Program-made: the position numbers and the translations under genes
Notes under the pieces: model-generated
What the model was told of the DNA's origin: nothing
Seen by the model: the letters and a program-made list of their open reading frames with translations, nothing else
The model's database searches: none
Part shown: piece after piece, positions 1 to 9,888 of the stretch
How the letters are laid out: the number at the start of each line of letters is the position of its first letter
Position numbering within the stretch: position 1 is the first letter of the stretch
From: Pedobacter sp.
GTDB lineage: Bacteria; Desulfobacterota; Desulfuromonadia; Desulfuromonadales; Syntrophotaleaceae
Length of the DNA: 64,000 nucleotides
Direction: 5' to 3'
NCBI GenBank assembly: GCA_050253415.1
Contig: JBFWJC010000002.1
Location: 352,001 to 416,000, forward strand

Positions 1-613
1 GGTTCTGATCCGGCAAGCCATGGAAAAACGACCGGATGTTTTGGCCAAGGAGCGGGAGCAGCGTGCTGCCGAAGCGCAGCAGCGGGTTGCTCAGTCGAGC
101 GCCTATCCCACTCTTGATCTGGTACTCGGCGTAGGTACGGGATACGACAGCCGCGGTGACAGCGCATTTGGCAGTCAGATGGATGAAGATAACTTGTACG
201 GAAACGCAGGGCTCAACCTTTCAATTCCGCTGTTCGATCGGCACCTCACCCGCAACGCGGTGAGTCAGGCGCGCATCAATCGTCACAGTGTCGACCTGGA
301 GCTGGAACAGTTGCAGCGTCAGGTCGAGGTGGAAATAGGGCAGTCCGTCCAGGAGTATCTCACCGCTTCCGATCAGGTTGAGGTCGCCTCGGCCCAGCTC
401 ACCTATGCGCAGGAAGCGTTGAATTCCACCGAACAGCGATACCGAGTCGGGGCGGCTACCCTGACGGAATTGACCGATGCCCGCTCCACGTTTGTGGAAG
501 CGCGCTATGCCTTGGTAGAGGCTCATATTGACCGCATGCTGCGTACGGTTGCGATTGCTTATTATCAAGGCAATCTGGATGGATCGATGTTTGTCGGGGA
601 AGGTGAAGTATGA
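1..613 (+). CDS. TolC-family outer membrane efflux protein (5' part outside window)
   Basis: ORF 20..613 runs in from the window edge; motifs YPTLDL, GLNLSIPLFD and RYRVGAATLTELTDAR; lies directly upstream of adaptor and ABC genes. Confidence 0.85.
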   Translation, partial: VLIRQAMEKRPDVLAKEREQRAAEAQQRVAQSSAYPTLDLVLGVGTGYDSRGDSAFGSQMDEDNLYGNAGLNLSIPLFDRHLTRNAVSQARINRHSVDLELEQLQRQVEVEIGQSVQEYLTASDQVEVASAQLTYAQEALNSTEQRYRVGAATLTELTDARSTFVEARYALVEAHIDRMLRTVAIAYYQGNLDGSMFVGEGEV

Positions 614-1782
614 AACGTGTGATACCTAAAGGATTTCTGTCAGCTCTGAAAATTATTCTGATCGTTTGTGGGGTCACTTATCTGATCATGCTTGGGTATG
701 GTATGGCGTCGCACTCCGGTGACGGATCGTCGGCCATGTTGCAGACCGAGACTGTTGCACAGGGAGTCATGGAAATCACGGTAGCCTGTACCGGCAGTCT
801 GCAGGCGGTTGGTACCGTTGATGTGGGGACTGAAGTGTCGGGTACTATCGGCAAGGTGCTGGTTGATTATAACGACCGAGTGCATAAGGGGCAGGTGCTG
901 GCCGAGCTGGATCTGGAATTGTTTGAAAGCGCCGAAGCCGAAGCCAAAGCTGCCGTAATGGGCTCGGAAGCGCTCTATCGGCAGGCATTGTCGGAATTCC
1001 GCCGCAACCAACCGCTGTATGACCAAGGCCATCTCTCCGACCAGGAGTTCCTTGAGTATCGGACTTCGCTGGCAACCACCCAGGCTGATCTGCAATCCAG
1101 TAAGGCGGCTCTGGCCAAGTCTCAGACCAACCTGCGCAAGGCGCATATCTTGTCACCCATTGACGGCACTGTTATCGAGCGGGAGATCGAAGTGGGCCAG
1201 ACTGTTGCTGCAAGCTACAGTACGCCGACAATGTTTGTCCTGGCCGAAGATCTGGCTCGCATGGAAATTGAAGCCGATGTGGACGAAAGCGATATTGGTC
1301 AGATTCGCCAGGGACAGAAAGTGCGTTTTACTGTTCAGGCCTATCCCGATCAGATTTTTGATGGTCAGGTCGCGCAGATTCGACTCAATCCTACCGAGGA
1401 GTCGAATGTTGTCACCTATACGGTGGTGGTGGAGGCTGCAAACCCGGACGGGAAACTCTTGCCGGGCATGACAGCTACCGCCGATTTCGTGGTTGAGCAG
1501 GTCGAGAATACTCTGCTGGTCTCTAACGCGGCGCTGCAGTATGCCGCACGTAAGGCTCCTGTTGATGATGGCGCTACGGTAGTGGTCCTCGACAGCGATG
1601 GGCGTACGAGGCGGGTAGCCGTGGTGGCCGGTCTGTCGGATGGAATACATACGGCTGTGAGTGCGGAAGGGCTTGTGGCAGGGATGGATGTGGTAACGGG
1701 GGAGGCGGCCCGGGGCAAGGAGTCAAATGGCAGCCTTTTTTCCAGGATGATGCCAAAACCGTCGGGTGGCGGCAAGCCTTAG
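610..1782 (+). CDS. MacA-like periplasmic adaptor (membrane fusion protein)
   Basis: N-terminal TM; V(D)VGTEVSG, ILSPIDGTV and DVDESDIGQI motifs; ATGA overlap with the upstream gene. Confidence 0.9.
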   Translation: MKRVIPKGFLSALKIILIVCGVTYLIMLGYGMASHSGDGSSAMLQTETVAQGVMEITVACTGSLQAVGTVDVGTEVSGTIGKVLVDYNDRVHKGQVLAELDLELFESAEAEAKAAVMGSEALYRQALSEFRRNQPLYDQGHLSDQEFLEYRTSLATTQADLQSSKAALAKSQTNLRKAHILSPIDGTVIEREIEVGQTVAASYSTPTMFVLAEDLARMEIEADVDESDIGQIRQGQKVRFTVQAYPDQIFDGQVAQIRLNPTEESNVVTYTVVVEAANPDGKLLPGMTATADFVVEQVENTLLVSNAALQYAARKAPVDDGATVVVLDSDGRTRRVAVVAGLSDGIHTAVSAEGLVAGMDVVTGEAARGKESNGSLFSRMMPKPSGGGKP

Positions 1783-1788
1783 GGGTGG

Positions 1789-2532
1789 TTGATTATGAAA
1801 CCGATTCAACTTGAACGTATTTGCAAGACCTTTTACTTGGGCGATACCCAGGTCAAGGCACTGGATAATGTCGACTTGAGTATCGACAGGGGGGAGTTTG
1901 TCGCCGTTATCGGAGCTTCCGGTTCAGGTAAGTCGACCCTCATGAATGTCGTCGGCTGTCTCGACCATGCCGACAGCGGCAAGTATCTGCTGGAAGGGCA
2001 ATCGGTACGTGACCTGAATCGTCGCCAGTTGGCGGATATCCGTAACCAGCGCATCGGCTTCGTTTTTCAGGGGTTCAACCTGCTGGCGCGAACCACGGCG
2101 TTGGAAAATGTCCTGTTGCCCTTGCTGTATTTTCGCGGCAGTATGCCTGCCGGGCAGGCGCACCGGCGGGCGGTTGATGCGCTACAGCGAGTGGGGTTGG
2201 CGGAACGCATGCACCATGAACCCAATCAATTGTCCGGTGGGCAGCAGCAGCGGGTGGCCATTGCGCGGGCGTTGGTTAACGATCCGGCTATAATTCTGGC
2301 CGACGAGCCCACCGGCAATCTTGACAGTCGCACAACCCTGGATGTTCTGGCGCTTTTCCAGGAACTCAATGACAGCGGTATTACTATTGTGCTGGTGACC
2401 CATGAATCCGATGTAGCGGAACACGCCCGGCGCGTGATCGAGATGCAGGATGGCACCATTCGTAAGGACTTTCAGGTGGAGAACCGCCGGCGCGCTCACG
2501 CGCCGGCTATGGCCGGAGGCCGGTTATCATGA
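1789..2532 (+). CDS. MacB/LolD-type ABC transporter ATP-binding protein
   Basis: Walker A GASGSGKS, signature LSGGQQQR, ILADEPTGNLD. Confidence 0.95.
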   Translation: MIMKPIQLERICKTFYLGDTQVKALDNVDLSIDRGEFVAVIGASGSGKSTLMNVVGCLDHADSGKYLLEGQSVRDLNRRQLADIRNQRIGFVFQGFNLLARTTALENVLLPLLYFRGSMPAGQAHRRAVDALQRVGLAERMHHEPNQLSGGQQQRVAIARALVNDPAIILADEPTGNLDSRTTLDVLALFQELNDSGITIVLVTHESDVAEHARRVIEMQDGTIRKDFQVENRRRAHAPAMAGGRLS

Positions 2533-3746
2533 AGTGGCAGAAACTGATTGTTGTGGCTTTGCGCAGTATCACCCGAAATCGCATGCGCAGTCTGCTGACC
2601 ATGCTCGGTATTATCATAGGTGTGGCGTCGGTTATCGCGCTGGTGGCCCTGGGTGAGGGGTCGCAGGCGGATATTACCGCAGAAATCGATTCCATGGGGA
2701 CCAACCTCATTATTGTGGTACCCGAAAGCGCAGACAGTCACGGGGTGCGGGGTGCCGCCGGCTCTTCCACCAGCCTGTCGCTTGACGACGCCGAGGCTAT
2801 TGAGCAGCAGGTGGCGGCGGTGGCCAATGTGTCCGCGGAAATTCGTTTATCCGAGCAGGTGGTGGCTGGCAATAGCAATTGGAATACTTCGGTTCAGGGA
2901 GTCAGTGAGTCGTTCCTGGCGATCCGGAACTACGAGGTGGTGCAGGGCACATTCTTTTCCCGGCGGGATGTCACGGCCAAGGCCAAGCTTGCGGTTCTCG
3001 GACAGACCGTGGTGGACGAATTATTCGCCGGAAAAAATCCCGTCGGCAGCCGCATTCGGATTCGCAACGTTCCCTTTCAGGTCATCGGAGTGCTGGGTGA
3101 AAAGGGACAGAACGGCATGGGTACCGATCAGGATGACGTGATTCTGGTGCCGGCACCGACCGCTTTGTACCGTCTGTCCGACGGTAAAACGGTTCGGGGG
3201 ATCCTGATCAGCGCAGCGACTCCTGCAAAAATCGACGAGGCCAAGGTGGAGGTTGCGGCGGTGTTGCGCAAAACGCATCGTTTGCGCGACAATCAGGAAA
3301 ATGATTTTTCGTTGCGTGACCAGTCCGAGATTACCGACATGGCATCCCAGGTCACCGGTACCCTGACACTGCTGCTGGGTGCCATCGCCGGGGTGTCGCT
3401 GATGGTCGGTGGCATCGGTGTCATGAATATCATGCTGGTCTCGGTTACAGAGCGTACGCGTGAAATCGGCATTCGGCTGGCTATCGGAGCGCGTAGCGGC
3501 GATATCCTGTTGCAGTTTCTCATTGAGGCTGTGATTCTGTGTCTGTGTGGCGGCGTGATCGGCATAATGGCCGGGCTCGGAACCGCTTTTGTGATGGGCG
3601 AGGTGATGGGAACCGGGGTCGTGGTCAATCCATCAGTTATTCTGTTAAGCGTCGGTTTTACCCTGGCGGTAGGGGTGTTCTTTGGTTTCTATCCGGCGCG
3701 TAAAGCTGCGAACTTGAATCCGATCGAGGCCTTGCGCTACGAATGA
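2529..3746 (+). CDS. MacB/FtsX-type ABC permease
   Basis: RSLLTMLGIIIGVASV, GGIGVMNIMLVSVTERTREIG and PIEALRYE motifs. Confidence 0.93.
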   Translation: MKWQKLIVVALRSITRNRMRSLLTMLGIIIGVASVIALVALGEGSQADITAEIDSMGTNLIIVVPESADSHGVRGAAGSSTSLSLDDAEAIEQQVAAVANVSAEIRLSEQVVAGNSNWNTSVQGVSESFLAIRNYEVVQGTFFSRRDVTAKAKLAVLGQTVVDELFAGKNPVGSRIRIRNVPFQVIGVLGEKGQNGMGTDQDDVILVPAPTALYRLSDGKTVRGILISAATPAKIDEAKVEVAAVLRKTHRLRDNQENDFSLRDQSEITDMASQVTGTLTLLLGAIAGVSLMVGGIGVMNIMLVSVTERTREIGIRLAIGARSGDILLQFLIEAVILCLCGGVIGIMAGLGTAFVMGEVMGTGVVVNPSVILLSVGFTLAVGVFFGFYPARKAANLNPIEALRYE

Positions 3747-3775
3747 GTCGAATTTGTGAAGCGTTAAAATATATC

Positions 3776-3804
3776 TTGCAATTTAATTGAGTCTCTTGTA
3801 TCTT
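3776..3804 (+). promoter_or_regulatory. putative sigma-70 promoter for the helicase leader
   Basis: TTGCAA-17 nt-TATCTT in an AT-rich patch after the permease stop codon. Confidence 0.4.
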
Positions 3805-4136
3805 GACAAGTTCGCGCAAATGCCCTTGGCGGACTTAGTTCGCCAAACCTGTTTAACACAGATGGCCTTACCCCGTTTTATCGTTCACTAACCCTCCCTG
3901 CCTTCAGTTTCTCTGAAGAAGCGTGCAGTACACCAGGTTGGCGACGATGCGTTAATGCCCGACCTGCGCATACTCAGGCACATTATGTGTCAGGAACAGC
4001 TGTTTGTTCCTACAGCCTGCATGCTTTTAACTTCAGATTGTTTACGTGTACCCCCGGCTTGCCGCGCGTCAGGAGAAAAAACGCTTTCCTGGTGGGTGGT
4101 TGGTTGCGGCTGGAACACGAGCAGTGGAAACCACGA

Positions 4137-5444
4137 ATGAATTTTTCTCAGTTTGATCTTGATCCCCAGATTCTCAAAGCCATCGCCGATTGCGGCTATG
4201 ATGTCCCGACCCCCATTCAGGTCCAGGCCGTGCCGGAAGCTCTGGCCGGACGTGACCTTCTCGCCAGCGCAGGTACGGGTACCGGTAAAACCGCAGCCTT
4301 CATGCTTCCCGCTCTGCATCGTCTGGCCACAAAAGGGTCCGGGCGCAAAGGCGCTCCCAGGGTTCTGGTGCTGGCTCCGACCCGCGAATTGGCCGGTCAG
4401 GTCATGGATGCGGCGCGCACATACGGTAAGTATCTGCCCCTGAAAACAGCCGTGCTGCTTGGTGGTGTCCCTTATCGTGAGCAGTTCCGTGCCTTGGGCA
4501 AGCCTCTCGACCTGGTGGTGGCCACCCCGGGGCGTCTGCTCGATCACCTGGAGCGGCGCAGTATCGATCTGTCCTGTCTGGAATTGCTGATTCTGGACGA
4601 GGCCGACCGCATGCTCGATATGGGGTTTAAGGAGGACGTCGACAAAGTTTGCGCCATGGCACCCCGCCAACGCCAGACCATGATGTTCACCGCAACCCTT
4701 GGCGCCGCGATGCAGAAGCTTTCTTTACAGCTTCTCAATCAGCCGGTGCGTATCGATATCGCTGCTCCCAAAAACGTTTCCAGCCATATTGAGCAATGTC
4801 TGCATGTGGCCGACAATAAACACCACAAAGACCGGCTTTTGCATCATTTGCTGAAGGATCCGAATATTTCCCAGGCGATTATTTTTTCCGCCACCAAGCG
4901 CGATGCGGATAGCTTGGCCAAAGATCTGGCCGAGCAGGGGCATCGTGCGGCTGCCTTGCATGGCGACATGAATCAGGGTGCGCGCAACCGCACCGTCCGT
5001 GATTTGCGCCGGGGGCAGATCCGGGTGTTGGTCGCTACCGACGTGGCGGCCCGTGGGCTCGATGTGGCCGGTATCAGTCATGTCTTCAACTACGATCTTC
5101 CCAAGTTTGCAGAAGACTATGTGCATCGTATCGGTCGTACCGGCCGGGCCGGTGCTACAGGTATCGCTATTTCCTTTGCTTCGGGTGCCGAGCTGGACGC
5201 ATTGCGTCGCATTCAGCGTTTCATCGGTCGGGATCTGCCTCGTCAGGAAATTCCCGGCCTTGAGCCGCTTCGTACCCTGGAAGCCTCTGCCGGCGGGGCC
5301 CGTCAGCGTCCCAGAGGGGGCGGCCCGGGGCGTTCCGGAAAAAGCTCCGGTAAGTATGTTGCAGCCCTCAAGGAACGGTATGAGGGTTCCTCTGAGCGTT
5401 CCCGTACCCGCCCCGCGGCCAATGGTCGCCAAGGCCGGATATAA
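4137..5444 (+). CDS. DEAD-box RNA helicase (RhlE-like)
   Basis: Q motif PTPIQ, GTGKT, PTRELA, TPGRL, DEAD, HRIGRTGR and a basic tail; start placed at MNFSQF (ATG 4137). Confidence 0.95.
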   Translation: MNFSQFDLDPQILKAIADCGYDVPTPIQVQAVPEALAGRDLLASAGTGTGKTAAFMLPALHRLATKGSGRKGAPRVLVLAPTRELAGQVMDAARTYGKYLPLKTAVLLGGVPYREQFRALGKPLDLVVATPGRLLDHLERRSIDLSCLELLILDEADRMLDMGFKEDVDKVCAMAPRQRQTMMFTATLGAAMQKLSLQLLNQPVRIDIAAPKNVSSHIEQCLHVADNKHHKDRLLHHLLKDPNISQAIIFSATKRDADSLAKDLAEQGHRAAALHGDMNQGARNRTVRDLRRGQIRVLVATDVAARGLDVAGISHVFNYDLPKFAEDYVHRIGRTGRAGATGIAISFASGAELDALRRIQRFIGRDLPRQEIPGLEPLRTLEASAGGARQRPRGGGPGRSGKSSGKYVAALKERYEGSSERSRTRPAANGRQGRI

Positions 5445-5512
5445 AATTCTTTCGAGCCACCGTCTGATGTAAGCCTGTTTCTGGCTTTTAGGCGTGGCAA
5501 GCACTGGATTTC

Positions 5513-5549
5513 GACCGCACTTCCGTATTGGATGTGCGGTCTTTTTTTT
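5513..5549 (+). terminator. intrinsic terminator
   Basis: gaccgcac..tcc/gga..gtgcggtc stem followed by T8. Confidence 0.8.
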
Positions 5550-5725
5550 GTTGTTTTTCAGAAAGATTCAGACCGTTGTGGATTGTATAAAAAATGCTAA
5601 TCTTTTATTGATAATCGGAATTTTTAGCGTGACACGTAAGAGAGCAAAGGGTTGTGCGCAGGGCATGTCGTGTATTAGAACGTGCCTTGTGGAGGTAGTA
5701 TTCTGTCCCCTTTTGGGAGGTGGTC

Positions 5726-6220
5726 ATGGGAAAGAAAGACAAAAAACATGAAGACAAGGATATTTTGATTCCTGAAAAGGCAGAGCTGGTTTCTCCGTTT
5801 GAAGAAATGGAGCGTTGGTTTGGGGATTTCATGAATCGGCCGTTTTTTTCACCGATGTGGGCGCCACGGTTTCATTTTCCGCAGATGCAGTCGCTTTCTC
5901 CTTCGGTTGATGTTTATGAGGAGCCAGACACGGTTGTGGTCAAGGCGGAATTGCCAGGAATTGGCAAGGAAGATGTGGAGGTTAACATCTCCGATAATGT
6001 ATTGACGATCACCGGTGAGAAAAAGTCGGAAGAAAAAATCGAGCGTAAAGACTATCATCGTATCGAGCGTAGTTACGGGAGTTTCTCTCGTTCAATCCGC
6101 TTGCCAGGAGAAGTTGTGTCTGGCCAGGCCAAGGCGTCCTTTGAAAATGGCGTACTTGAAGTGCGTATTCCTAAGACGGAGGCGGCCAAGCAGAAGAAGC
6201 GTAAAATCGAGATCGAATAA
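5726..6220 (+). CDS. Hsp20/alpha-crystallin small heat-shock protein
   Basis: PSVDVYE, ELPGIGKEDV, ERSYGSFSRSI and FENGVLEVRIPK motifs; GGAGG RBS. Confidence 0.95.
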   Translation: MGKKDKKHEDKDILIPEKAELVSPFEEMERWFGDFMNRPFFSPMWAPRFHFPQMQSLSPSVDVYEEPDTVVVKAELPGIGKEDVEVNISDNVLTITGEKKSEEKIERKDYHRIERSYGSFSRSIRLPGEVVSGQAKASFENGVLEVRIPKTEAAKQKKRKIEIE

Positions 6221-6244
6221 ATTGTTTTTTTATAGTGACGTTAC

Positions 6245-6274
6245 ACAGAAGGTCGGATATTCCGGCCTTTTTGT
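6245..6274 (+). terminator. intrinsic terminator
   Basis: aaggtcgga-tat-tccggcctt hairpin followed by a T-run. Confidence 0.6.
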
Positions 6275-6483
6275 GTTTATCTCACTGACGGTGCGCGTAA
6301 GTGGGACGGGCAAGGTCGCGGATGTGACGTCAGTTGAGGATGAAAATTTAGAAGGATGTCGGATCTGATGATGGATTCCTCCGTACAAGAATATCAAAAT
6401 GAATTTTAATGGTTGATTGAAGTGTTTTCTAATGTTATTAAGCTTGTTCGTAGTGGCTGTTTAATTATGTGGGAGGGATTCTT

Positions 6484-6858
6484 ATGACGGAAGAAATTAG
6501 CGGCGGGAAGTTTTGTACGGAATGCGGTAAGGAGATTCACGCCAAGGCCGAAATCTGTCCTCATTGTGGCGTTCGTCAGGTGCTGCGGGGCTCTGGGTCG
6601 GCCGCGGTGGGTACTTCGATCTCCAATTATCTGGTGCCGGCTATCCTGGTGACTCTGTTTTGTTGTCTGCCTTTTGGCATTGTTTCCATTGTTTATGCAG
6701 CGCAGGTCAATAGCAAGGAGCAGGCCGGAGATTATCAGGGGGCTCTGCAGGCCTCGCGCCTGGCTAAAAGGTGGGTCTGGGCAAGTTTTTGGTCTGGCAT
6801 GGTGGTCTTCTTGTTTTATGTTGGAATCATGGTAACTGCTGCCATTTTGGGGTCTTGA
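6484..6858 (+). CDS. zinc-ribbon + CD225/dispanin family membrane protein
   Basis: N-terminal CTECG..CPHCG; CD225 signature NYLVPAILVTLFCCLPFGIVSIVYAAQV...A; C-terminal TM; GGGAGG RBS. Confidence 0.85.
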   Translation: MTEEISGGKFCTECGKEIHAKAEICPHCGVRQVLRGSGSAAVGTSISNYLVPAILVTLFCCLPFGIVSIVYAAQVNSKEQAGDYQGALQASRLAKRWVWASFWSGMVVFLFYVGIMVTAAILGS

Positions 6859-7328
6859 GGTTGCTTTCCGGAAAAGAGCTGGCTGATCAGGTTGCGATTA
6901 GAAGGTGGCGGTTTCTTTGGGCCGGCCCGCTTGCCTGTCGTCATGTTTTATTTTTTCTTGGCGCGCTGCTTGTTTTCGTTTTGTTGGTGAGGTGCAACCC
7001 GGTAGGCAGTCGTTGGTTTCCTCCCTGTCCGTTTAAGTATTTGACTGGGTGGTATTGCCCGGGGTGTGGATCGACCCGTGCCTTGCACCATTTATTGCAT
7101 GGGCGGGTTGGGGCAGCTTTTGGATATAATCCGTTGATGGTTTCGTGTGTTCCTTTTCTTTTCGTCAATGGTGTGGGCCGAATCCTGCCTTTGGGTAGGC
7201 GGCGGTTATTTGATGAAAGAAGCCTTTCTCCTGCTGCGATCGTCTGTATTTTGGTTTGTGTCGTCCTGTTTGGAGTGTTGCGAAACCTGCCAGTGTACCC
7301 GCTCAGCATTTTGGCTCCCCATGGCTGA
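6855..7328 (+). CDS. DUF2752 family membrane protein
   Basis: CPFKYLTGWYCPGCGSTRALHHLLHG..AF.YNPL and FGVLRNLP motifs; probable TTG start overlapping the upstream TGA (start uncertain). Confidence 0.8.
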   Translation: MRLLSGKELADQVAIRRWRFLWAGPLACRHVLFFLGALLVFVLLVRCNPVGSRWFPPCPFKYLTGWYCPGCGSTRALHHLLHGRVGAAFGYNPLMVSCVPFLFVNGVGRILPLGRRRLFDERSLSPAAIVCILVCVVLFGVLRNLPVYPLSILAPHG

Positions 7329-7846
7329 TGGTGGGAGCTGGTTGTTTGATTTTTGGAAAAATGTTGGAAGGTGTTGTGGTGTGGTTTGCCTGATGTCGGC
7401 CAGGGTTAATCGGTTCGCTGTTGAAAAATCGTCTCTTGTCCGTTGATTATTTTTTTTTGGTGCTTGTTTTTGCTCTTGTTGGATTGTCGGTTGCTCTTGC
7501 TTTGCCCGGGTTGTTGGCGCGATTTTTGTTCCGCAGTTTCCTATATTCTTTAGGTGGTTGCATGTGTAAATTGTTGAAAAGATACGGTTTGACACAAGGT
7601 CTTGTGACCTCTATGTTGGCAGATGAAAGAATTTTTTGGTGTTAAAAAATACCCCTTGCATTTTTTTGGCAACTTGTGATAGAAGGAGACAACTTAAGTA
7701 AGTTTGTGTAGATTTGCAAGTCGAGCAGATTGGTCGTCAGTCGATTTTGAGCCGCACAGACCTTTTTGGGAGTGGGGCTTTTTACTTAAGGACAACGCAA
7801 ATCCTGCACAACCAAAAACGCCCCTGCGGGGGAAAGAGGAAGAAAA

Positions 7847-8047
7847 ATGGCAGAAGGTACTGTTAAGTGGTTCAATGATGCAAAAGGTTTCGGTTTTATC
7901 GAGCAAGACAATGGCCCCGATGTATTCGTACATTTCTCGGCCATCCAGGGTGACGGTTTTAAATCCCTGGCTGAAGGCGACCGGGTCAGCTTTGACGTTG
8001 TCCAGGGCCAGAAGGGTCCCCAGTCCGCCAATGTACGGAAGATCTAA
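7847..8047 (+). CDS. cold-shock protein (CspA family)
   Basis: GTVKWFN, KGFGFI and VFVHF motifs; 66 aa. Confidence 0.97.
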   Translation: MAEGTVKWFNDAKGFGFIEQDNGPDVFVHFSAIQGDGFKSLAEGDRVSFDVVQGQKGPQSANVRKI

Positions 8048-8125
8048 TCCCGTACCTGGTTTGTAAGACAAGATTGCAATTGCCTGTTTACGAGTGAGTC
8101 AACCTCGTAGGTAGTGATTTGGAAA

Positions 8126-8160
8126 AGGGTTCGCGGTTTATGATCGCGGACCCTTTTTTC
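8126..8160 (+). terminator. intrinsic terminator after csp
   Basis: gggttcgcggt-ttat-gatcgcggaccc followed by a T-run. Confidence 0.7.
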
Positions 8161-8253
8161 GTAAGAAAGTAGCCGCTGTGGTTGATGACCGGGCTGACGG
8201 AGCAGGTTCGCAGGTAGGAAGATTTGCCTGGGGGCTGATATGGATTGTTCTGT

Positions 8254-8286
8254 AAAAAAGGGGGCCTTGAGGCCCCCTTTCTCTTT
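8254..8286 (-). terminator. intrinsic (possibly bidirectional) terminator
   Basis: aaaaaagggggcct-tg-aggccccctttctcttt. Confidence 0.75.
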
Positions 8287-8302
8287 GGCGGTTTTTGGTG
8301 GG

Positions 8303-8536
8303 TTACATATAAGATGAGGTTTCCTGCCATTTGTGCATATGTCCGACAGGCTGTTCGCATCCTTCAATGCGGTCAAGTTCTTTGACTGCAGCATGTAGTT
8401 TTTGCAGTAACAGGATTGCTTCATCCTGGTGCCCCGGGAAGTGCGGTCCCATCATGTGTCTGGTGTAGATGCGGGCAATCTGTTCGAGTTGCTCCATTTT
8501 TTGCATTTTGCTTTGGTTATCCATTGACATGGCCAT
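8303..8536 (-). CDS. small hypothetical protein (77 aa, Met/His/Gln-rich)
   Basis: strong AAGGAG RBS, upstream TTGATC-16-TATAAT (8567..8594 minus strand) and its own terminator. Confidence 0.7.
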   Translation of the reverse strand: MAMSMDNQSKMQKMEQLEQIARIYTRHMMGPHFPGHQDEAILLLQKLHAAVKELDRIEGCEQPVGHMHKWQETSSYM

Positions 8537-8613
8537 AGCTCTCTCCTTTCTTTCTGTTACCCTTACATTATACCTCTGCCCGTATATGGATCAATAGGCT
8601 GTTCGAGTTATGT

Positions 8614-9660
8614 ATGGCCCGGCAAGAAAACCTTTGTGTGGAGTCTTGGATGCTTGCATTGCTACATAGCCTTCCCTGGAGAGATCTGTCGCTAGTCATG
8701 CTGGTTCTGGTGGCGATTGGGCTGATCTGCCTGGTCAGAGTTCAACGTCGATCCCTTCGGCTCGGGCAAACCCGTGAGGACTGCTTTCGCCTTATGGTTG
8801 ATTTTGCCGGGGACGGTATTTGGCTTTTGAACGAATCTGCCGGAATAGTCTACGCGAATCAGCGTATCGCCGAGATGTTGGATGTATCTTCGGTATCCAT
8901 GAAGGGGACCCATGTTTTTCAATACGTTGATGTCCATGAACGCCCCCATGTCGAGGAGCATTTCAAGCGATCCCGCCTGGGGCGAGATGAGCATTTTGAA
9001 ATACGTCTGCGGAAGGCAACTGGCGGTTCGATATGGGTTCTTGTCGCAGCTCGGTTGTTGACTCAAGGAGATGGTAAGGCGATAGGTACTTTGTGGGTGG
9101 TCACGGATATCTCTGATCGCAAAGAGCGCGAGAGGATTACGTGTCACCTTACGCAACGGGACCCCCTGACCGGTTTGCCGAACCGTACATTGCTCTATGA
9201 TCGGATAATGCATGATGTTGGCCGTGCCAGTCGTTATGGGCGGCACGTCGGCATACTTTTTCTTGATTTGGATCGTTTTAAGCCGGTGAACGATGAGTTT
9301 GGGCATTCTGTTGGAGATCAGGTACTTCAAGGGGTTGCGCAGCGTATTGTGTCAAGGGTGAGACGCATGGATACTGTCGCACGGTTTGGCGGAGATGAAT
9401 TTGTGGTGGTTCTGTCGGACCTTGTCGGGTCGGACGAGGCCGCGTCCGTTGCCGAAGCATTGGTTGCGTTGCTCAGGGAGCCTTTTGCCGCCAGTGGTTG
9501 GGAGTGTGCTGTTGGAGTCAGTATTGGAATATCGTTGTATCCTGAAGACGGGCGTTCCGGGGCGGAGCTTATTGAGAAGGCAGATGCTGCCATGTATGTC
9601 GCCAAACAGGCCGGGGGTGGGCGATATCGGCGTTATTCTGCTAAGGACGTGGTGAATTGA
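8614..9660 (+). CDS. membrane-anchored PAS-GGDEF diguanylate cyclase
   Basis: TM, PAS/PAC, DPLTGLPNR, DLDRFKPVND, RxxD I-site (RRMD) and intact GGDEF. Confidence 0.93.
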   Translation: MARQENLCVESWMLALLHSLPWRDLSLVMLVLVAIGLICLVRVQRRSLRLGQTREDCFRLMVDFAGDGIWLLNESAGIVYANQRIAEMLDVSSVSMKGTHVFQYVDVHERPHVEEHFKRSRLGRDEHFEIRLRKATGGSIWVLVAARLLTQGDGKAIGTLWVVTDISDRKERERITCHLTQRDPLTGLPNRTLLYDRIMHDVGRASRYGRHVGILFLDLDRFKPVNDEFGHSVGDQVLQGVAQRIVSRVRRMDTVARFGGDEFVVVLSDLVGSDEAASVAEALVALLREPFAASGWECAVGVSIGISLYPEDGRSGAELIEKADAAMYVAKQAGGGRYRRYSAKDVVN

Positions 9661-9765
9661 GGATGTTTGCGGTGGCTTTGATGACTGGGAAATTTTTGAA
9701 GTTTTCACGCGATAACAAAAATGCTTTACATGGCCAGGGCAGTTGTTGTATTCTTCCCAGCCTGC

Positions 9766-9853
<88 letters not shown>

Positions 9854-9888
9854 TTAATTCTACCCTTCAATCGGGTTTTTGCCGATAG

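Noticed and set aside
3987..4136. N-terminal extensions in the ORF track (helicase, nifJ, mglB, smg, cpoB, response regulator)
   Set aside because: Family homology, and in most cases an RBS, point to downstream start codons
5624..5648. CIRCE-like sequence upstream of Hsp20 (ttagcgtga-N7-gagagcaaa)
   Set aside because: Spacer is 7 rather than 9 nt and the arms have several mismatches
7421..7645. 74-aa hydrophobic ORF
   Set aside because: Hydrophobicity follows from the T/G-rich composition; no RBS or motif supports it
7690..7846. Riboswitch in the csp leader
   Set aside because: No recognisable aptamer consensus; a long leader is normal for csp genes
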